Source: Anthoceros angustus
Lineage: Eukaryota; Plantae; Anthocerotophyta
Direction: 5' to 3'
Assembly (NCBI GenBank): GCA_010909165.1
Contig: MU008180.1
Location: 371,884-435,883 of the forward strand
DNA: 64,000 bases
The position numbers and the translations under genes were made by a program. Below the pieces are notes generated by a model, which was not told where the DNA came from, ran no database searches, and was given only the letters and a program-made list of their open reading frames with translations. Positions 47,600-60,646 of this stretch are shown piece by piece; positions within the stretch are counted from its first letter, which is position 1, and every line of letters starts with the position of its first letter.

Positions 47600-49700
47600 T
47601 CAGTAACCTCTTACCCTTGCTCTCAAGCATCTGGAGCATGTCTCAATGTTCATGAAGAAATGACATCACAAGGAGAAGACATTTGTGATCGGCATCACAA
47701 GGAAAATTCTTCGACATCTGTGATCGACATCTGTGATCGGCATCACAAGGAAAATGCATGGCAAAACCAAATCTGGCCGCTCAACTCCTCAAACCAAAGG
47801 ATTGTCAACAAAACCGACCCATTTTCAGATTACTTTCAACGACACGTTGCCAAGGCAGGTGTGTTCTCTGACTGCTCGAAGGAACGCTATGGGAGATTTT
47901 TGGAAACCTTGAAAATCCAGTCACCTCAAATGTTTCCTCCAGGCGCTGCTCTTGCTGCCTCTGGACCACAAGCCATGAGCTCTAAATCACAGCTTCATTG
48001 CCATAACATCTCTACAGTATACAGCCCTTAGTAGAGGGTTTGGTCCAATTGCGATACCAAAAATAGTAGAAAGTTCAAGCCCAAGACGAGATTTGTCTAA
48101 TGTACCAGAACAAAACAGAAAGTTCAAGCTGAAAGGCGAGAGTTTTGTCCAATCTCCAATCAACCAGAACGAAAATATGTATGTGGAAAGTTCAAGCCGA
48201 AGCCCATGAAAGCAGATTCCTCGTGCTAGCCTTCGCTTAGCTAGCTCTAGTGAAACCCAGGACAGCATGAATCTGTCTAACTCAGAGCCCAACACGTGTT
48301 GTTCAATGTAACCTGGACAGACACAAAACCGCGGTGAACTGAGCGCTCCATCATCCAGGTTCGGTCAGGCTGAGAGCCACGCAACACTGCGGTGACCTGA
48401 GCTGCATCATCCACGTTAGCTAAGCTCAGCTAACCCTGGATTGGAAAGTTTTAGTAGCACGATCAGATTGCCATTGCGAGCACATCCTTCTACATAGCTG
48501 CCTGGCTGCATGGCACTTTCAACATGGAATCTTCCAAATGCAGGGACTGCTGCTCAAATTGGACCTCCTTCAGACAGTGGGAGCTTCTGTAACTGAATAG
48601 CTACAAATTTTCGCGCCTGCCAAAGTTCCCACAAGGTCATGTTAAGAGAGAGAACACAGGAAAAGACGTACACAAGTTCATTGCTCTTTTCCTCACCGGT
48701 AATCAACATCTCGACATTTGTGACCTTCAAGCCAAGGTTTTTCGCCTCCACCAGCTCGCCCAACACTTAAATGCTGCTCGAACTCCAAATTGCTGTGCTC
48801 TCAGTGTCGCTCTTGCTTCTATTGTCCCCTAGGTAGCTAGTCTGAATTACCTTGGCACAAGTGAGATTAAATAGTGGCAGCAACATTTTCACCAGGGCCT
48901 GGACGTTCTTTGGGGAGGAAGTAACACCGACCACAGAGGGAGGGCCTGTGTGCTCGAACCTTTGGCAGAAGCTTTCAAGGCAAAGGGCCTCCGCCTACCC
49001 CTTGTCTCTTCAGCTGTGTTTGGGGAAAGGGCAAACCAGGTTGCTGCATCTGGTGATGGGACAGACTGGGGTGTAAGCTGGCTCTCTCTTACACTTCTAA
49101 TCTATCCCTGAGATGGTGTTGAATCTGAAACTCGGAACAACTAGTGACAGGTTCTGAAAGCATGAGGATTTTGCAGGTGAGGGAGGAGCTGAAATGGGAA
49201 CTCGTGGGACGCAGATGAGAAAGTCTGCTCTTTATCGGATTTCGCTCGAGCTGGGTTCTAGAGGTTTCATTCATTTTACACCTGGGCCTGTACTGAATCC
49301 CAATTTCATACAGTAGTGTGTAAGCAAGAAGCTGCTGAACTGCGGGAATGCAGGGTAGGGAATCCTTCACGATTCTTGTGACAAGTGTGAAGTTGGATCT
49401 TGTGTAGGAGGATGGGAAGACGGGTGATACCCTGGTGGTAGGGGACTCCACCAACCCGAAGAGATCTTGTGAATTTTGATGAGCCACTTTCATTGTAAAT
49501 TGTGGGAAACAAGACAGGGTGGACACTGGAGGCGGTCCGTAAGCGCCCAGACTCCAGCCATAGATGCATATCATCATTCTTCCAAGGATTGGGGTCGGTG
49601 ATGAGAGCGTCCTACATGTTGCTGCCAGCTGCACATGTGCATGTTCTCAGAACGATGATCCTGATCTTGTTCATGCATGTGATGTGATTCTTTCAAGTTT
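47600..49700 (-). mobile_element. Degenerate LINE ORF2 remnant homologous to 1-1900
   Basis: DNA similarity to 1400-1580 (ggagtcccc.accacca..cttcccatcctcctacacaaga.ccaactt). Motifs TQLERN, LWS..SAW..LDF and LWELWQAR. Confidence 0.55.
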
Positions 49701-50066
49701 GACAGGTTTTGCCTGCAGGCCACATCAACAGCACTGACCGACAAGAGCCCTTTTGAGAGAAAGTGAAGCGTCCTTCTCTGGGAGGAATTTGCTCAGCAGA
49801 ATGGGATAGCCAGAATGGAAATTTTGGGTTCATTCACTTGTCAGCACCGTGCTGCTCCTTGATCCCTGGTTCACCCGTCGTGATGAGTGGTGACACCAGA
49901 TTCTGCTTCTGTCTTCAACAACATGTCAAGTTTTGACAGTCTTTTAGCCAGTGAAAAGAGAAGAAACGAGACAAACTCGAGACTTGACTCTTGCATTCAT
50001 TACAAAGAATAACAGAATTGTTCACTTATCAAGTTATCGAAACGACACTTCTAATTAACCCTAGTT

Positions 50067-51445
50067 TATCTTTGTGGGTTAGAGATGTTCTATCTCCACA
50101 CTCCCACTCAGCTCTAGGCACACAAAGATCTGCTTATAGAACTACGACTAAGTGACTAGACGATTGGATCCAATACACATTTGATTCATCCACTCTGGTC
50201 ACTCGAGTAGCTCCCACTTAAGCTTGCAAGGTGTTATTTTGCGGTTAACTTTGCCTCCTTAGCTGCTAAGGTGATTATGTCACTGCCGTCAACTACTCCT
50301 AGACCTTCTCTATGTTTATTATGTTTATAAGAGGGGAGTGACTTAGTAAATATATCGGCAGTATTATCCTCCGTATTTATATAAGTAACCACCACCACTC
50401 CTCGTGAAGTAACATCACGAATATAATGATGATATAACTCAATATGCTTTATGCGAGCATGATAACGAGGGTTAGCAACTAATGCGATAGCCGACATATT
50501 ATCACAATTAAGCGAGGTAGGCTGAAGTTGGGGCCATTTAATATCACTTAGGCGAGCTCCCCCACCTCTTTACTTGCTTAGTAAGAGCTTTATATTCGCC
50601 TCAGAGAGCTTAAGGCAAGACTTGTTTCTTCTTACATCGCCACCACGGAGGCGGCTAACAAAGCAATCTGGAAATGCTTTTCCACGTGTCGGTCTGAGGC
50701 CCAATCGGCATCCACAAAACCACTTAGCTCAAATTGTTTGCGACGTGGAACTATAGCGGATGCCGTATCTTTGTGGGTTAGAGATGTTCTATCTCCACAC
50801 TCCCACTCTAGGCACACAAAGATCTGCTTATAGAACTACGTACTAAGTGACTAGGATTGGATCCAATACATTTGATTCATCCACTCTGGTCACTCGAGTA
50901 GCTCCACTTAAGCTTGCAAGGTGTTATTTTGTGGTTAACTTTGCCTCCTTAGCTGCTAAGGTGATTATGTCCTTTAGTCAACTACTCCTAGTCCTTCTCT
51001 ATGTTTATTATGTTTATAAGAGAGGAGTGACTTAGTAAATATATCGTGATATTATCCTCCGTATTTATATAAGTAACCACCACCACTCCTCGTGAAGTAA
51101 CATCACGAATATAATGATGATATAACTCAATATGCTTTGTACGAGCATGATAGCGAGGGTTAGCAACTAATGCGATAGCCGACATATTATCACAATTAAG
51201 CGAGGTAGGCTGAAGTTGGGGCCATTTAATATCACTTAAAAGCGCTCCCACTCGACCTCTTTACTTGCTTCGTAAGAGCTTTATATTCGCCTCAGAGCTT
51301 AAGGCAAGACTTGTTTCTTCTTACATGGGCGCGGCTAACAAAGCAATGCGAAATGCTTTTCCACGTGTCGGTCTGAGGCCCAATCGGCATCCACAAAACC
51401 ACTTAGCTCAAATTGTTTGCGACACTGTGGAACTATAGCGTCTGG
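50067..51445. repeat. ~700-bp tandem duplication of RNase H + PPT + part of LTR within Copia 2
   Basis: Units start tatctttgtggg at 50067 and 50766. The RNase H ORF is duplicated (50234-50497, 50988-51251), and tatctttg recurs at the far junction (~51447). Confidence 0.9.
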
Positions 51446-54400
51446 TATCTTTGAAGTACCACTCACATACCTCGGGATCCTCTTCATAGCTACCCAATGT
51501 TTCTGGGATTAAGGTATTGAGCGTATAAGACATACATAATATCCGCCGAGTCGATTAGCCAGATAGAGGAGACAGCCCACGCGCATAAGGAATAGAAAGC
51601 ATGTCCTCACGCTCAGCAGTAGATTGTGGGCAATCCTCAGAAGATAACCGAATACCAACTGCCCCTGGAGTCGATACGGGCCGAGCGGATTGCATATTAA
51701 AGCGGGTAAGAATTTCCCTTACATACTTTTGTTGATTGCATTTGAATTCCGAGGCACCATCGAAGAACTCCAATATCCTTCATATCAAATTCGTATAACA
51801 TATCCTTCATGGAGTTAATCATTTGCATACTAGTGCCAAACAAACATATGTCGTCAACATATAATGCTAAAATGATAAAGTTAGAGTCGTCCAAGGTAAT
51901 AAACATTACTATCGATGGCTTTGAATAAAACCAATAAACTTAAGGCGACCATCACATTTATAAAACCATTTATTAGTCTGTTTTAAGCCATAGAGGCACT
52001 TAAGCGACTTACAAACTAACTCCGCATTTGCATCTTCATAGCCCTCGGGCTGCCTCATGTAAATTTCTTCCTCTAATTCTCCATATAAGAACGCGGTGCA
52101 AACATCCATCCGATGGATCTCTAAATTCAATTCGGCTAAGGCTAAAAGAACCCGTAGTGATTGGGTCTTGACCACGCGAAAAAGTCTCTTGATAATCGAT
52201 GCCACCGACTATAGCCCTTAGCAACAAGTCTAGCTTTATAGCGTTCAATAGAACCATCAAGATTTAATTTAGTTTTAAAGACCCATTTGCAAAGGATGGG
52301 TTTTACCGGAGGAAGTGGTACTAAATCCCATGTATGATTTTTAAGCAAAGAATCATACTCACTTTCTATTCGCTTTCCACTCAACACCATTGGGTCCATC
52401 CAATGCCTCACGATATGTAGCGGTTCACCATCAACCGTGAGTAGAGCATGTGCAAGGAGGGCCACAGGATCATTGAAGTGGAATTAGTAAAAGCAGAAAA
52501 ATCAGCATTAATGGAATTATCAACCATATTGTCTTGAGAGTTGCATTATCGGGCAAATTTCCAGCATTATATCGCCAAAATATCCGTAAGTGCCCATGCA
52601 TTATCGGGATCGAGATACGGGGCTCGGTGACCAGACGGAGCCCGGCGCCTCCCGTGTGGATTGTTGAGGGACCGGGCACGCATCTGTTGAATCGGAGCGG
52701 ATGATCCACCTTGTGCGGCGCAAAAGGTCATGCGCTTGTTCAACGCAATCCCTAGCGCGAGGGCTGGCAAGTGCAGCCGGTGGTGACCCAGGCCCGTTCC
52801 AGTCGCCCGTCGCTCATGTGGGGTCGCGGCACCCACGCTCTCGGCTTTGATCCGTTTGCCCATGTCTTGTGCACCACTTACACCATATCCGGGTTACAGA
52901 TTACGCCTTGCCACCGCGCGCCAGCGAGGAAGCATCGGCTGTGCATCGCATCGCCCCGGTCGAGGCGGTGGGCGGGGCCCGCCTTCATCGCGGCCTCCTG
53001 TGCGCAGGTGCAAGGGACAAATGTGGCAATGCCTGCATGCCTTGCCTCCTCCTCGGATCGGCATGTTCTCACCGGTTCATGGGCAAGGGATACAAGCCGA
53101 AATTGCGGTGAGCCGGATCACGGCTGTGATCAATGAAGGCCGGTTGAAAACCAGAGAAAACACCTGGAGTGGGAAGTTGGAATCCAGTACTGGGATCGGG
53201 GTTGTCATCATCATCATCGTAATTATCGTCATCAGGATATGTGTGAGAATCCGAACTTTCTCCTCCCATGAACGAATCTAGTTTTGTAGTGATAAATTCC
53301 CGTGATGGCTGCTGGCTTGAGTCTCCGATTGCAGTTGAAACTCCCACAGCACGCTCCATGACAGGAGCTTCGTTGAAGACAACGCTCCTGGCATATGTCA
53401 GTTGAAGGGTGGAGGGAGAATACAGTTTGTATGCTTTCACCTGATCTCCATAACCGACGAAGATGTGCTTGGTTGCCCTTTCCGCTAACTTAGGCCTTCC
53501 CTGAAGGGAACAAGGGCCCAAGCAGTGCAACCGAAAACTCTTAGGTGAGCCACTCCTGGTTTTCTCTTATACCACAATTCAAATGGTGTGGTCTCTAACG
53601 GAATGGCTGATGTGTGCATCCTGTTCATAACGTAGGTGGCTGTGACTGCAGCCTCAGCCCAGTAGGGCTTCGGAAGATTGGAGGCATAGAGCATCGTCCT
53701 TGTTGTGCTGGCAATGTCTCCAATCTTCTTCTCAGCTATCCCATTCTGTTGGGATGTATAAGGTACCGTGTATTGACACATGATTCCATGACCTTTACAC
53801 CAGTCCTTAAAAGCATTGGAGCTGAACTCACCCCATTATATCAGTCTGGCCGAACTTTGGATCTGCGTGATTCAGCCATTGTTTTGAAGTCCCGGAAGAT
53901 AGTGAATGCTTCACTTTTCCTCTTGATGGATAGGTGTGAGTGAACCCTCATGTCGTCAGCGATGACCGGTAATACTACTGCTCCACCTAGTGAAGGTTCA
54001 CTTAGCGGTCCACATATGTCTGCGTAACAATTCTAACGGCTGGTTGCTCTTGTAGGGTTACTTGTTGGTGAAGGGAGCTGCTTGTGCTTACCCATAACAC
54101 AAGACTCATAAACTTGCATTTGTTTCCCTAATTTGGGGAGACCTTCACTGTTCTAAAATAATCACTGTGTGTGGCCGAAGTTTTGGGAGATTCATGTGGC
54201 CAAAACGCATGTGCCACAAGAGTGTTCTCGAAGAAAAAGAGTCTGCCACACAAGCAACATTACTCCCACTCGACGGGGTGGTGCAATATCCCGCAGGTAA
54301 GAGTTGTAATACATACAAGTCATCATGCGCTTTTCCTTCAGCGATGCATTGATCAGTTGTGTCACCCTGGAATAACTTGCAGCCCTGTCTCGTAAACAGG

Positions 54401-55862
54401 AAGGTGACATTGTTGTTAGAGGTAAGGGCCTTGACTGAAACCAGGTTTTTGGTCATGCAGGGTACATAGAGGACATCCGTAGGTGTAAAATCTGTTCCTA
54501 CATAGGTGTGTAAAATCATTGTCCTTTGCCCTTCACAGAATCGATCATCATCACCACTATAACAACTTGCCCGAGGAATCGGCAAATGTTATGAAGCAAC
54601 TCATGTTGTTGCATATGTGAGCAGATGCTCGAGTCCAAGTACCACAAAGAGGATGATGTGAGTAGAAAGGAAGCAGACTGTCATGATTGAAGGTACAGTC
54701 CTACTTGTCGATTCAGCAACATGTGTTTCGTGAGGCTTGTTCCTGCGTGGTTCACCGCCTTTTCTTACGGCGATCACGCTCCCAATGCCCTTCAATTAGA
54801 CACCAATTGCATGCTCCTTTTCTTCTTCTTCTTATCACCTTTGTTGTAGCTACGCTAGCGAGCTTGCCCTCCCTTCTTACTCCATTTGGGCTTCCTTTCA
54901 GCCAGGAGCACTTTGTCAGAATTCACAGTTGAAGATGAGGCTGCGCTCAGTCTTCTCCTGGTCTCCTCTTGCAGCATTGAAGCTCATAGACCTGCAATTG
55001 TGAGTGTTGAAGATCCACCCGCTGCAACAGCAGCCGAAGCTGTCTGTAGAGGCCCGTTTTGTTGTGAAGCAAAACTCTCCCAACTTTGAGGGAGGCGGCG
55101 GCAGTTGTGTGACATCCGGCTCTGTCATCATCTTAGAGCCGAGGGAGAGTCGAACTGAGGTACCTAAATTTTCCTAGGTAACGAAACACTCTCCTTTTCT
55201 TTCAAACACAAGGACTGAAAATTCATCCTTGCTTCTACAAGTCATGGCGTTCGAACTTGGTAGAGATTAGCCAGACCATCCCAAATCTCTTTGGATGTGT
55301 CATATCCTGCAGCATGATCCATCATGCTTTCATCTAAAGCGTTGATGATCAGATGCTTTGTAGTTCTATCTCCACGGTTCCATAGGTCTACATCAGCTTG
55401 GGTGACAGCTGCCGTGCTGGTTGTGGCCGTAGAGGCTGAGGCTGCAGTTAGTGTGGGACGAGGAAAGGAACCATCCACGTACTGCCATACCTCTTTGAAC
55501 TCAAGTACAGACTTCATCCGGATTGTCCAAATGTTATACTTGGTTCCATTGAATCGATCTCGATAATCGACTCCAGTTGTGTTGGATGTATTAGAAGCCA
55601 TTGCAGCGGAAGATCAAGTGTGCTTGTACACTTGTTGATGCACAGTGGTGTGGGGATTATGATCCTCCACGAAAGCTCTGACAACTTCACGCTAGATGCG
55701 TGGCATCCTTGATTTGATTTTTCCAATAACACGGATGGTTACCAAGCTTCACATGAAGCCATTGCTTGACCAATAGACACCTTCCTCGCAGTGTTGCATT
55801 TTGACCAACAGGCACCTTCCTCTGCAGTGGCACGTGGTTGAAGGTGACGACGATTCGAGACT

Positions 55863-56309
55863 TCAGCAGTGGAGGGTTTGGTACCTCCGTAAAGTTAGGG
55901 TTTGTTCCTTTGGTTGTTGAAGGCTTTCAATCATGGAGATTAGTGTGCCAATCCTGCCATTCGTTTGATTGATAGCTTGAACAATCACCCTGGAAGTGAG
56001 GTGGGCATCCAATCGCATGGGAACGGTAGGCCTTTCTTGCCCTCGTGTTGCAGATTGGTCTCTGTCAAGATTAGGATTTTCCCAACGTGAGAATTGCCTT
56101 CTCGCGTTGAAATTTATCCCCTTGAGATCACGTGGCAAGGGTGCCCAATTTAGATGGGTGTTTGCCCTGCCCTGATCGCGCCGTGGAGGCGTCCAGTTCC
56201 CCAAAGGATTACTGTAGAATTGCTCCCTAACCCGCTTGACGGGAGGGGCCACGCACCGTGCGCAGTTGTTCCTTCTTCCTGGCATTTTTAAAAAAATGTG
56301 AAGTAACAA
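55863..56309 (-). CDS. Unassigned ORF between PBS and gag of Copia 2
   Basis: Uninterrupted 148-codon ORF in sense orientation upstream of gag. No recognised motif. Confidence 0.3.
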   Translation of the reverse strand: MLLHIFLKMPGRRNNCARCVAPPVKRVREQFYSNPLGNWTPPRRDQGRANTHLNWAPLPRDLKGINFNARRQFSRWENPNLDRDQSATRGQERPTVPMRLDAHLTSRVIVQAINQTNGRIGTLISMIESLQQPKEQTLTLRRYQTLHC

Positions 56310-56945
56310 GCAACGCGACGACGCGCGACATCAGCATCATTAGCATCTACACACGCTAAGCATTGCAATCACAAGCGTGCACTCAATGCATTCAGACGCC
56401 TGCTCTGATACCAAGTGAAAAGAAGAAGCGAGACAAACTCGAGACTTGACTCTTGCATTCATTACAAAGAATAACAGAATTGTTCACTTATCAAGTTATC
56501 GAAACGACACTTCTAATTAACCCTAGTTTATCTTTGTGGGTTAGAGATGTTCTATCTCCACATAGCCCATATCGATCCCATGGCACGCCGCACTGTCGGT
56601 GCAGTTCACTGTTACCCAGTGACCTCCTTGCCATGTGCAACTGTCCAACTAACGCATTACTTACTGCCATTACCAAGGTTGTACACACAGTGGCAGTGGC
56701 TGATGGCTGATGCATTTTCTGAACAAAGTACCCTTGTGATAGGAGTACAGCCATTTTATGCCGTAATACGCTCAAAGGCGCGGGAGACGTCTCACAGGCT
56801 TGTCTCGACTCTCCAGTTCTTCCCATGCTCCCTCACCTCCTCCTTCTCGATTCTCTCCGTCCGAATTCTGATTTGATAGATTTCCGATTGCGAGTTCACT
56901 GCGCCTGCTCCATTCTGCGCGCCCAGCTGCCCAGGCCAAGCTGGA

Positions 56946-59790
56946 ATGGATGTGGACGACGCTGCTTGTTCCGAGGGGGATGTGATTCCCACTCAGTTGA
57001 TGCAGCCGGGGGAAATCCTACACACGCAGTCCTGAATTTTGCCGGTCTTCTCCAAGAAGAGGGAGGCATCCACCTGCTCCTCCAACTCGGCTGCCGTCGA
57101 GCACCACGATGGGGAAATGAAGTTGGTGGATTTGCTGGAGCGGCTCCGGCTTGGTGACCTGGCTGTGACGGAGGTGCCACCGATTTGAGTGGTGATGCAT
57201 CATGGCATCCCCTACAGAAATAGGAAGCTTGGGGTTTTCAAGGAGCTCGGGAGCCAATTCCGTCCGGTGAAGGTGGTCTCCTTGGATGACTGTGGGAAGG
57301 AGTTTTACCGAAAGTGGGACTCCCCAAGCTCGGGGAAAAGCGTGTCCTTCTACAGCGAGTCGGAGCGGAAGGAGAAGTTGCATCAAACGTCTACGGTGTC
57401 CTGAGCTGGTGTCTGGAGTGCGTGCAGAGCAAGAAGCTGTACAGGGCCAGGTAGTATGCACATTGGATTAGGTAGGGTAAATTTGCACGCAACTGCATTG
57501 TTGCATTGGGGCAATTGTTGTTTTGTGTGAGGGAGAGGAACGAGCCTGACCATGCGGTCTCAATGACTGAGTGTTGGATTTGGTGTGCACTGTGCCCGGA
57601 ACAGGCGAAGCGCATTGGGCTGACTTCCGAGTCCGTGGTGCGATATGTGAGGGCCTTTAAATGGCCTTTGCTGGAGGAGACCAGAGGCACCATTGAACAG
57701 GAGCTGGAGGGTGTAGAAGCCGCGCCTCGTTTCCAGTTCTCGGCGCGAGAGCTCAGACATTTGTAAGGTGTGGGTTGGTTCCAGACTTTCGAGCTGAAGG
57801 TCTCAGAAGGGGCTTACCACCCCAGGACCAATGATCTGGTTCTGTTCTCAACAGAAAGTCTCCATGAGCTTAACAGGGCGACCTACATGTTTGGCTATAT
57901 TAAGAGGGTGGTCAACGCTGGAGGCTGTAACTTGCGGTGCAGCACTCTTGTGCATGCACCAGATCATAGTACCGAGCTGCTCTTCAGGACGACAATGCAC
58001 CATGGACTGTTCTCCTCATCAGCAACTTAGGTACCAAGTTGAGAGATTTGGGACACTCTGGCGTCGCTGTGTAAGGATTCTAGATTACGAGGACTTGCAG
58101 GACTAGTACTGCAAGAGATTCTCCAGCCGGAGTTGTACTGCTTGATATGCTCAACAGCTGTCTGGGAGAAATGTCTGATCATGAGCATTGTTGCACTGTT
58201 GGTTTTCAGACAGTTTGAGCGGATGGTTTTGTCAAAGCTGGCTTGGTTCTATGTTTTGTAGACATGTCCCCAGTTGCCAACCTATGGCGTTTGATGAAGT
58301 AGAGCTGCCTGTGAGAGCCTACTGTGAAGATGTCAGATCCATGAATCAGTCCCAAGTGGAAGCAGGTATACATGCAGTGTCTGGACTTGTGAGCTGAGTT
58401 GCACCCGAGTCCAGGACCACCAGCAACGGGGAAGACTTCCCTTCCGGTCTCTTCATTGTCTACACTTGGCAGCATGAGTTACAGAGTCCACTTGGCTGCA
58501 CCAACCAACACGGCCATTTGTGAGGTTGCTTTCAGGTTTGTGTCACAGATGTTGGTTCTTGAGCAGAGGGATAAATAGTTTGGTGCCTGTTTTCCACATG
58601 TAGTGATTCGTGGCAAAGGAAGCAGGGTGTTGAACCTAGGAGACGCAGTACTTGTTAGGACCGAAGAGGGAATAAACCCGAGACCTATGCAGTGCTGGAG
58701 AGGATTTTTCTACCCCGCAGGGTGAGCAGATTGGTGGACGCTTTCTCGGGCCACAAGAAGTGTGGTGAGGCTCTCAGCAACTTGCTGGAATGTGCGTTAG
58801 AAGAATACGAGAGGCACAGACAATCCTCACCGCCCCCTGACAACGGCGAGGAGCCACAATTATTAGTCACTCTCGTCAGGAAGAATTTGAAGGACCTCAG
58901 TTCGTCTGTGATCCGCCATGGTCATACTCTATTCCTGGACATGCCTAGCGTCTTTCTTACCTCTGAAACAAGGCAGAGCGTAGATCAAGCTTCACTTCTC
59001 ACAAAGCAGGTTGTTGCGTATTTCAATAAGCAGGATATTTCTGATGCAGACGTTGTCCCCTACACCCGCGGAACGTAGTCCTGTATCATGGGTACTCGAT
59101 AAGGTGAAAAGTGATTCTCTAATTCTTGGTTCCTGTGGAGAGGCAGGTTGTGGTATGCTTGCAGGAAGTGTCCCCTCTGCAGGCCACCGTGAACATCATT
59201 GTGTCCGAAACTCCTAGATCGTCTTTAGTACAGTTGCCTCGGGTGGCCGCGAAATTGTACAGCGCTCTGGCACCTTCGACCGTGTGTTGATTGATGAAGC
59301 CTCCCAACTTGTGGAGGCAGAAATGCTTGTGATAATAAAGTCCCCCCAACTGCGACAAGTTTTGCTGGTCGCGGACCATAAGCAGTCGGCACCCACGGTT
59401 CTCAGTCAGGTAACTTTCCCTGAGAACCGCCCTGGACATTTCCAGGAAGCCCAATCCAGGAGCTGATCTTGCTGTTACATAGGTGGCGAAGAAGTGCGAA
59501 TACGTCCGCAGTCTCCTCGCCAGACTCCACGAGCTAAAGCATCCCTGCCAAATGGTGGATGCGCAGTGTCGGATGCATCCAGACATCACTAATAAGGCGT
59601 TTTATGCAGTAGATGTCGAGAATGGTGCCAATGTTTTGTCGGAAAAATATTCGAGCAAGCTGATACAGGACACATCCATGAAAACATACCGCCTTCTGGA
59701 CATTTCAGATGGAACAGAGAAGAAGGACTTCAGACAACGCTCTCACATCGACTCGGTAGAAGTAGCAATTGTGAGTCACTTAATTGATCC
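56946..59790 (+). pseudogene. Copy 2 of ParB-like/SEN1-like helicase, pseudogene truncated after exon 4
   Basis: Colinear with copies 1 and 3. Nonsense changes (tcc tga ~57030, att tga ~57187), deletions in the DNRRL and Walker A regions, DEASQ retained; homology stops at ~59790. Confidence 0.9.
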
Positions 59791-60431
59791 ATGAGCTTCA
59801 CAAATGTGAGTATAGTCATCGGTGATGGCTACGCTGTTTCTGAAATCTTCCTTTCAAGAAGGTCTCAGAAAGGAAGGCCTGGTGGCGGTCCTTCCCCGCA
59901 AGGAACCTCCAGCCACGCCGGTCGTTGAACACGAGCCGGCACGTGGTAAAGCTGAGGCAGCGGACGTGCCCGAAAGGGAGCTCAGCCAGAAGCAGGAAAA
60001 CTAAGCCGTAGCCGCGGATCGGAATGCACGCATCAAGGCCAGCAGGCCAGAGGGAAGAAGAAGGGCATGGTTCTTCCATGCGCGTTCGCTCTCGCCGTGG
60101 CGATGGAGGGGAGGCCAAAAAGCTCCAGCAGGATGCGGGACTGATTGCGACTCCCATGGACAGAGAGGCCCGTAGCCACGCTCATGCCGCTCCGAGAGCT
60201 CTAGACCGCAACCAGTCTTGGCGCTTCGAGCACATACTAATCGAACATGGCCCGCGCCGCACCGTCACTGCAGTTCGCTGTTCTTACCTACCCAGTGAAG
60301 TCCATGCCATGAGAGCACGCCAATTGCAATTAAGGCACCCGTTTAGAGCTCACCTACTGTCAAGACGAAGTTAACACACATTAGCAGCGGCTGATGCATG
60401 TTCAGTACAAGCACATAGGTGGTAGGAGTAA

Positions 60432-60494
60432 GCCATTACGCTCCGGCGGCGGGCCATTACGCTCCGGCGGCGGGCCAGTACGCTCCGGCTGCCG
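60432..60494 (+). repeat. 21-bp tandem repeat x3 upstream of copy 3
   Basis: gccattacgctccggcggcgg x2 plus gccagtacgctccggctgccg. Confidence 0.9.
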
Positions 60495-60646
60495 TTATAC
60501 GCTCAAAGACGCGGGAAACATTTCACAACTCTTCTCAACTTCTCAAGCTCTTGTTACGCTCCCTCAGCTCATCCTCCTCGATTCTCTCCATACGCCTTCT
60601 GTTTTGTTCAGTTGTGCGTGCGCGCCCAGCTGCCGGCGAAGCCAGA

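Larger units (their letters stand above)
49950..56562 (-). mobile_element. Full-length Ty1/Copia element 2 with 5-bp TSD TAGCC
   Basis: LTRs 49950-50100 and 56414-56562 are nearly identical. TSD tagcc at 49945-49949 and 56563-56567; PBS (rc gctctgatacca) 56402-56413; PPT rc ctcccactc at 50101. Coding motifs: gag FNGTKYNIW, LWHMRFGH, TVPYTSQQNGIAE, YKARLVAKG, MDVCTAFLYG, LYVDD, IKHIELYHHYIRD..ADIFTKSL. Confidence 0.95.

Noticed and set aside
52440-53130. GC-rich captured gene inside Copia 2
   Set aside because: It sits exactly at the integrase-RT linker and includes an RR..S...P.Y linker-like motif leading into the RT start. This is ordinary low-complexity linker.
60419-60646. N-terminal extension with HYAPAAG repeats (ORF 60419-61225)
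   Set aside because: It starts at GTG and is absent from copies 1 and 2, whose ATGs align with 60647. More likely promoter/5' UTR.
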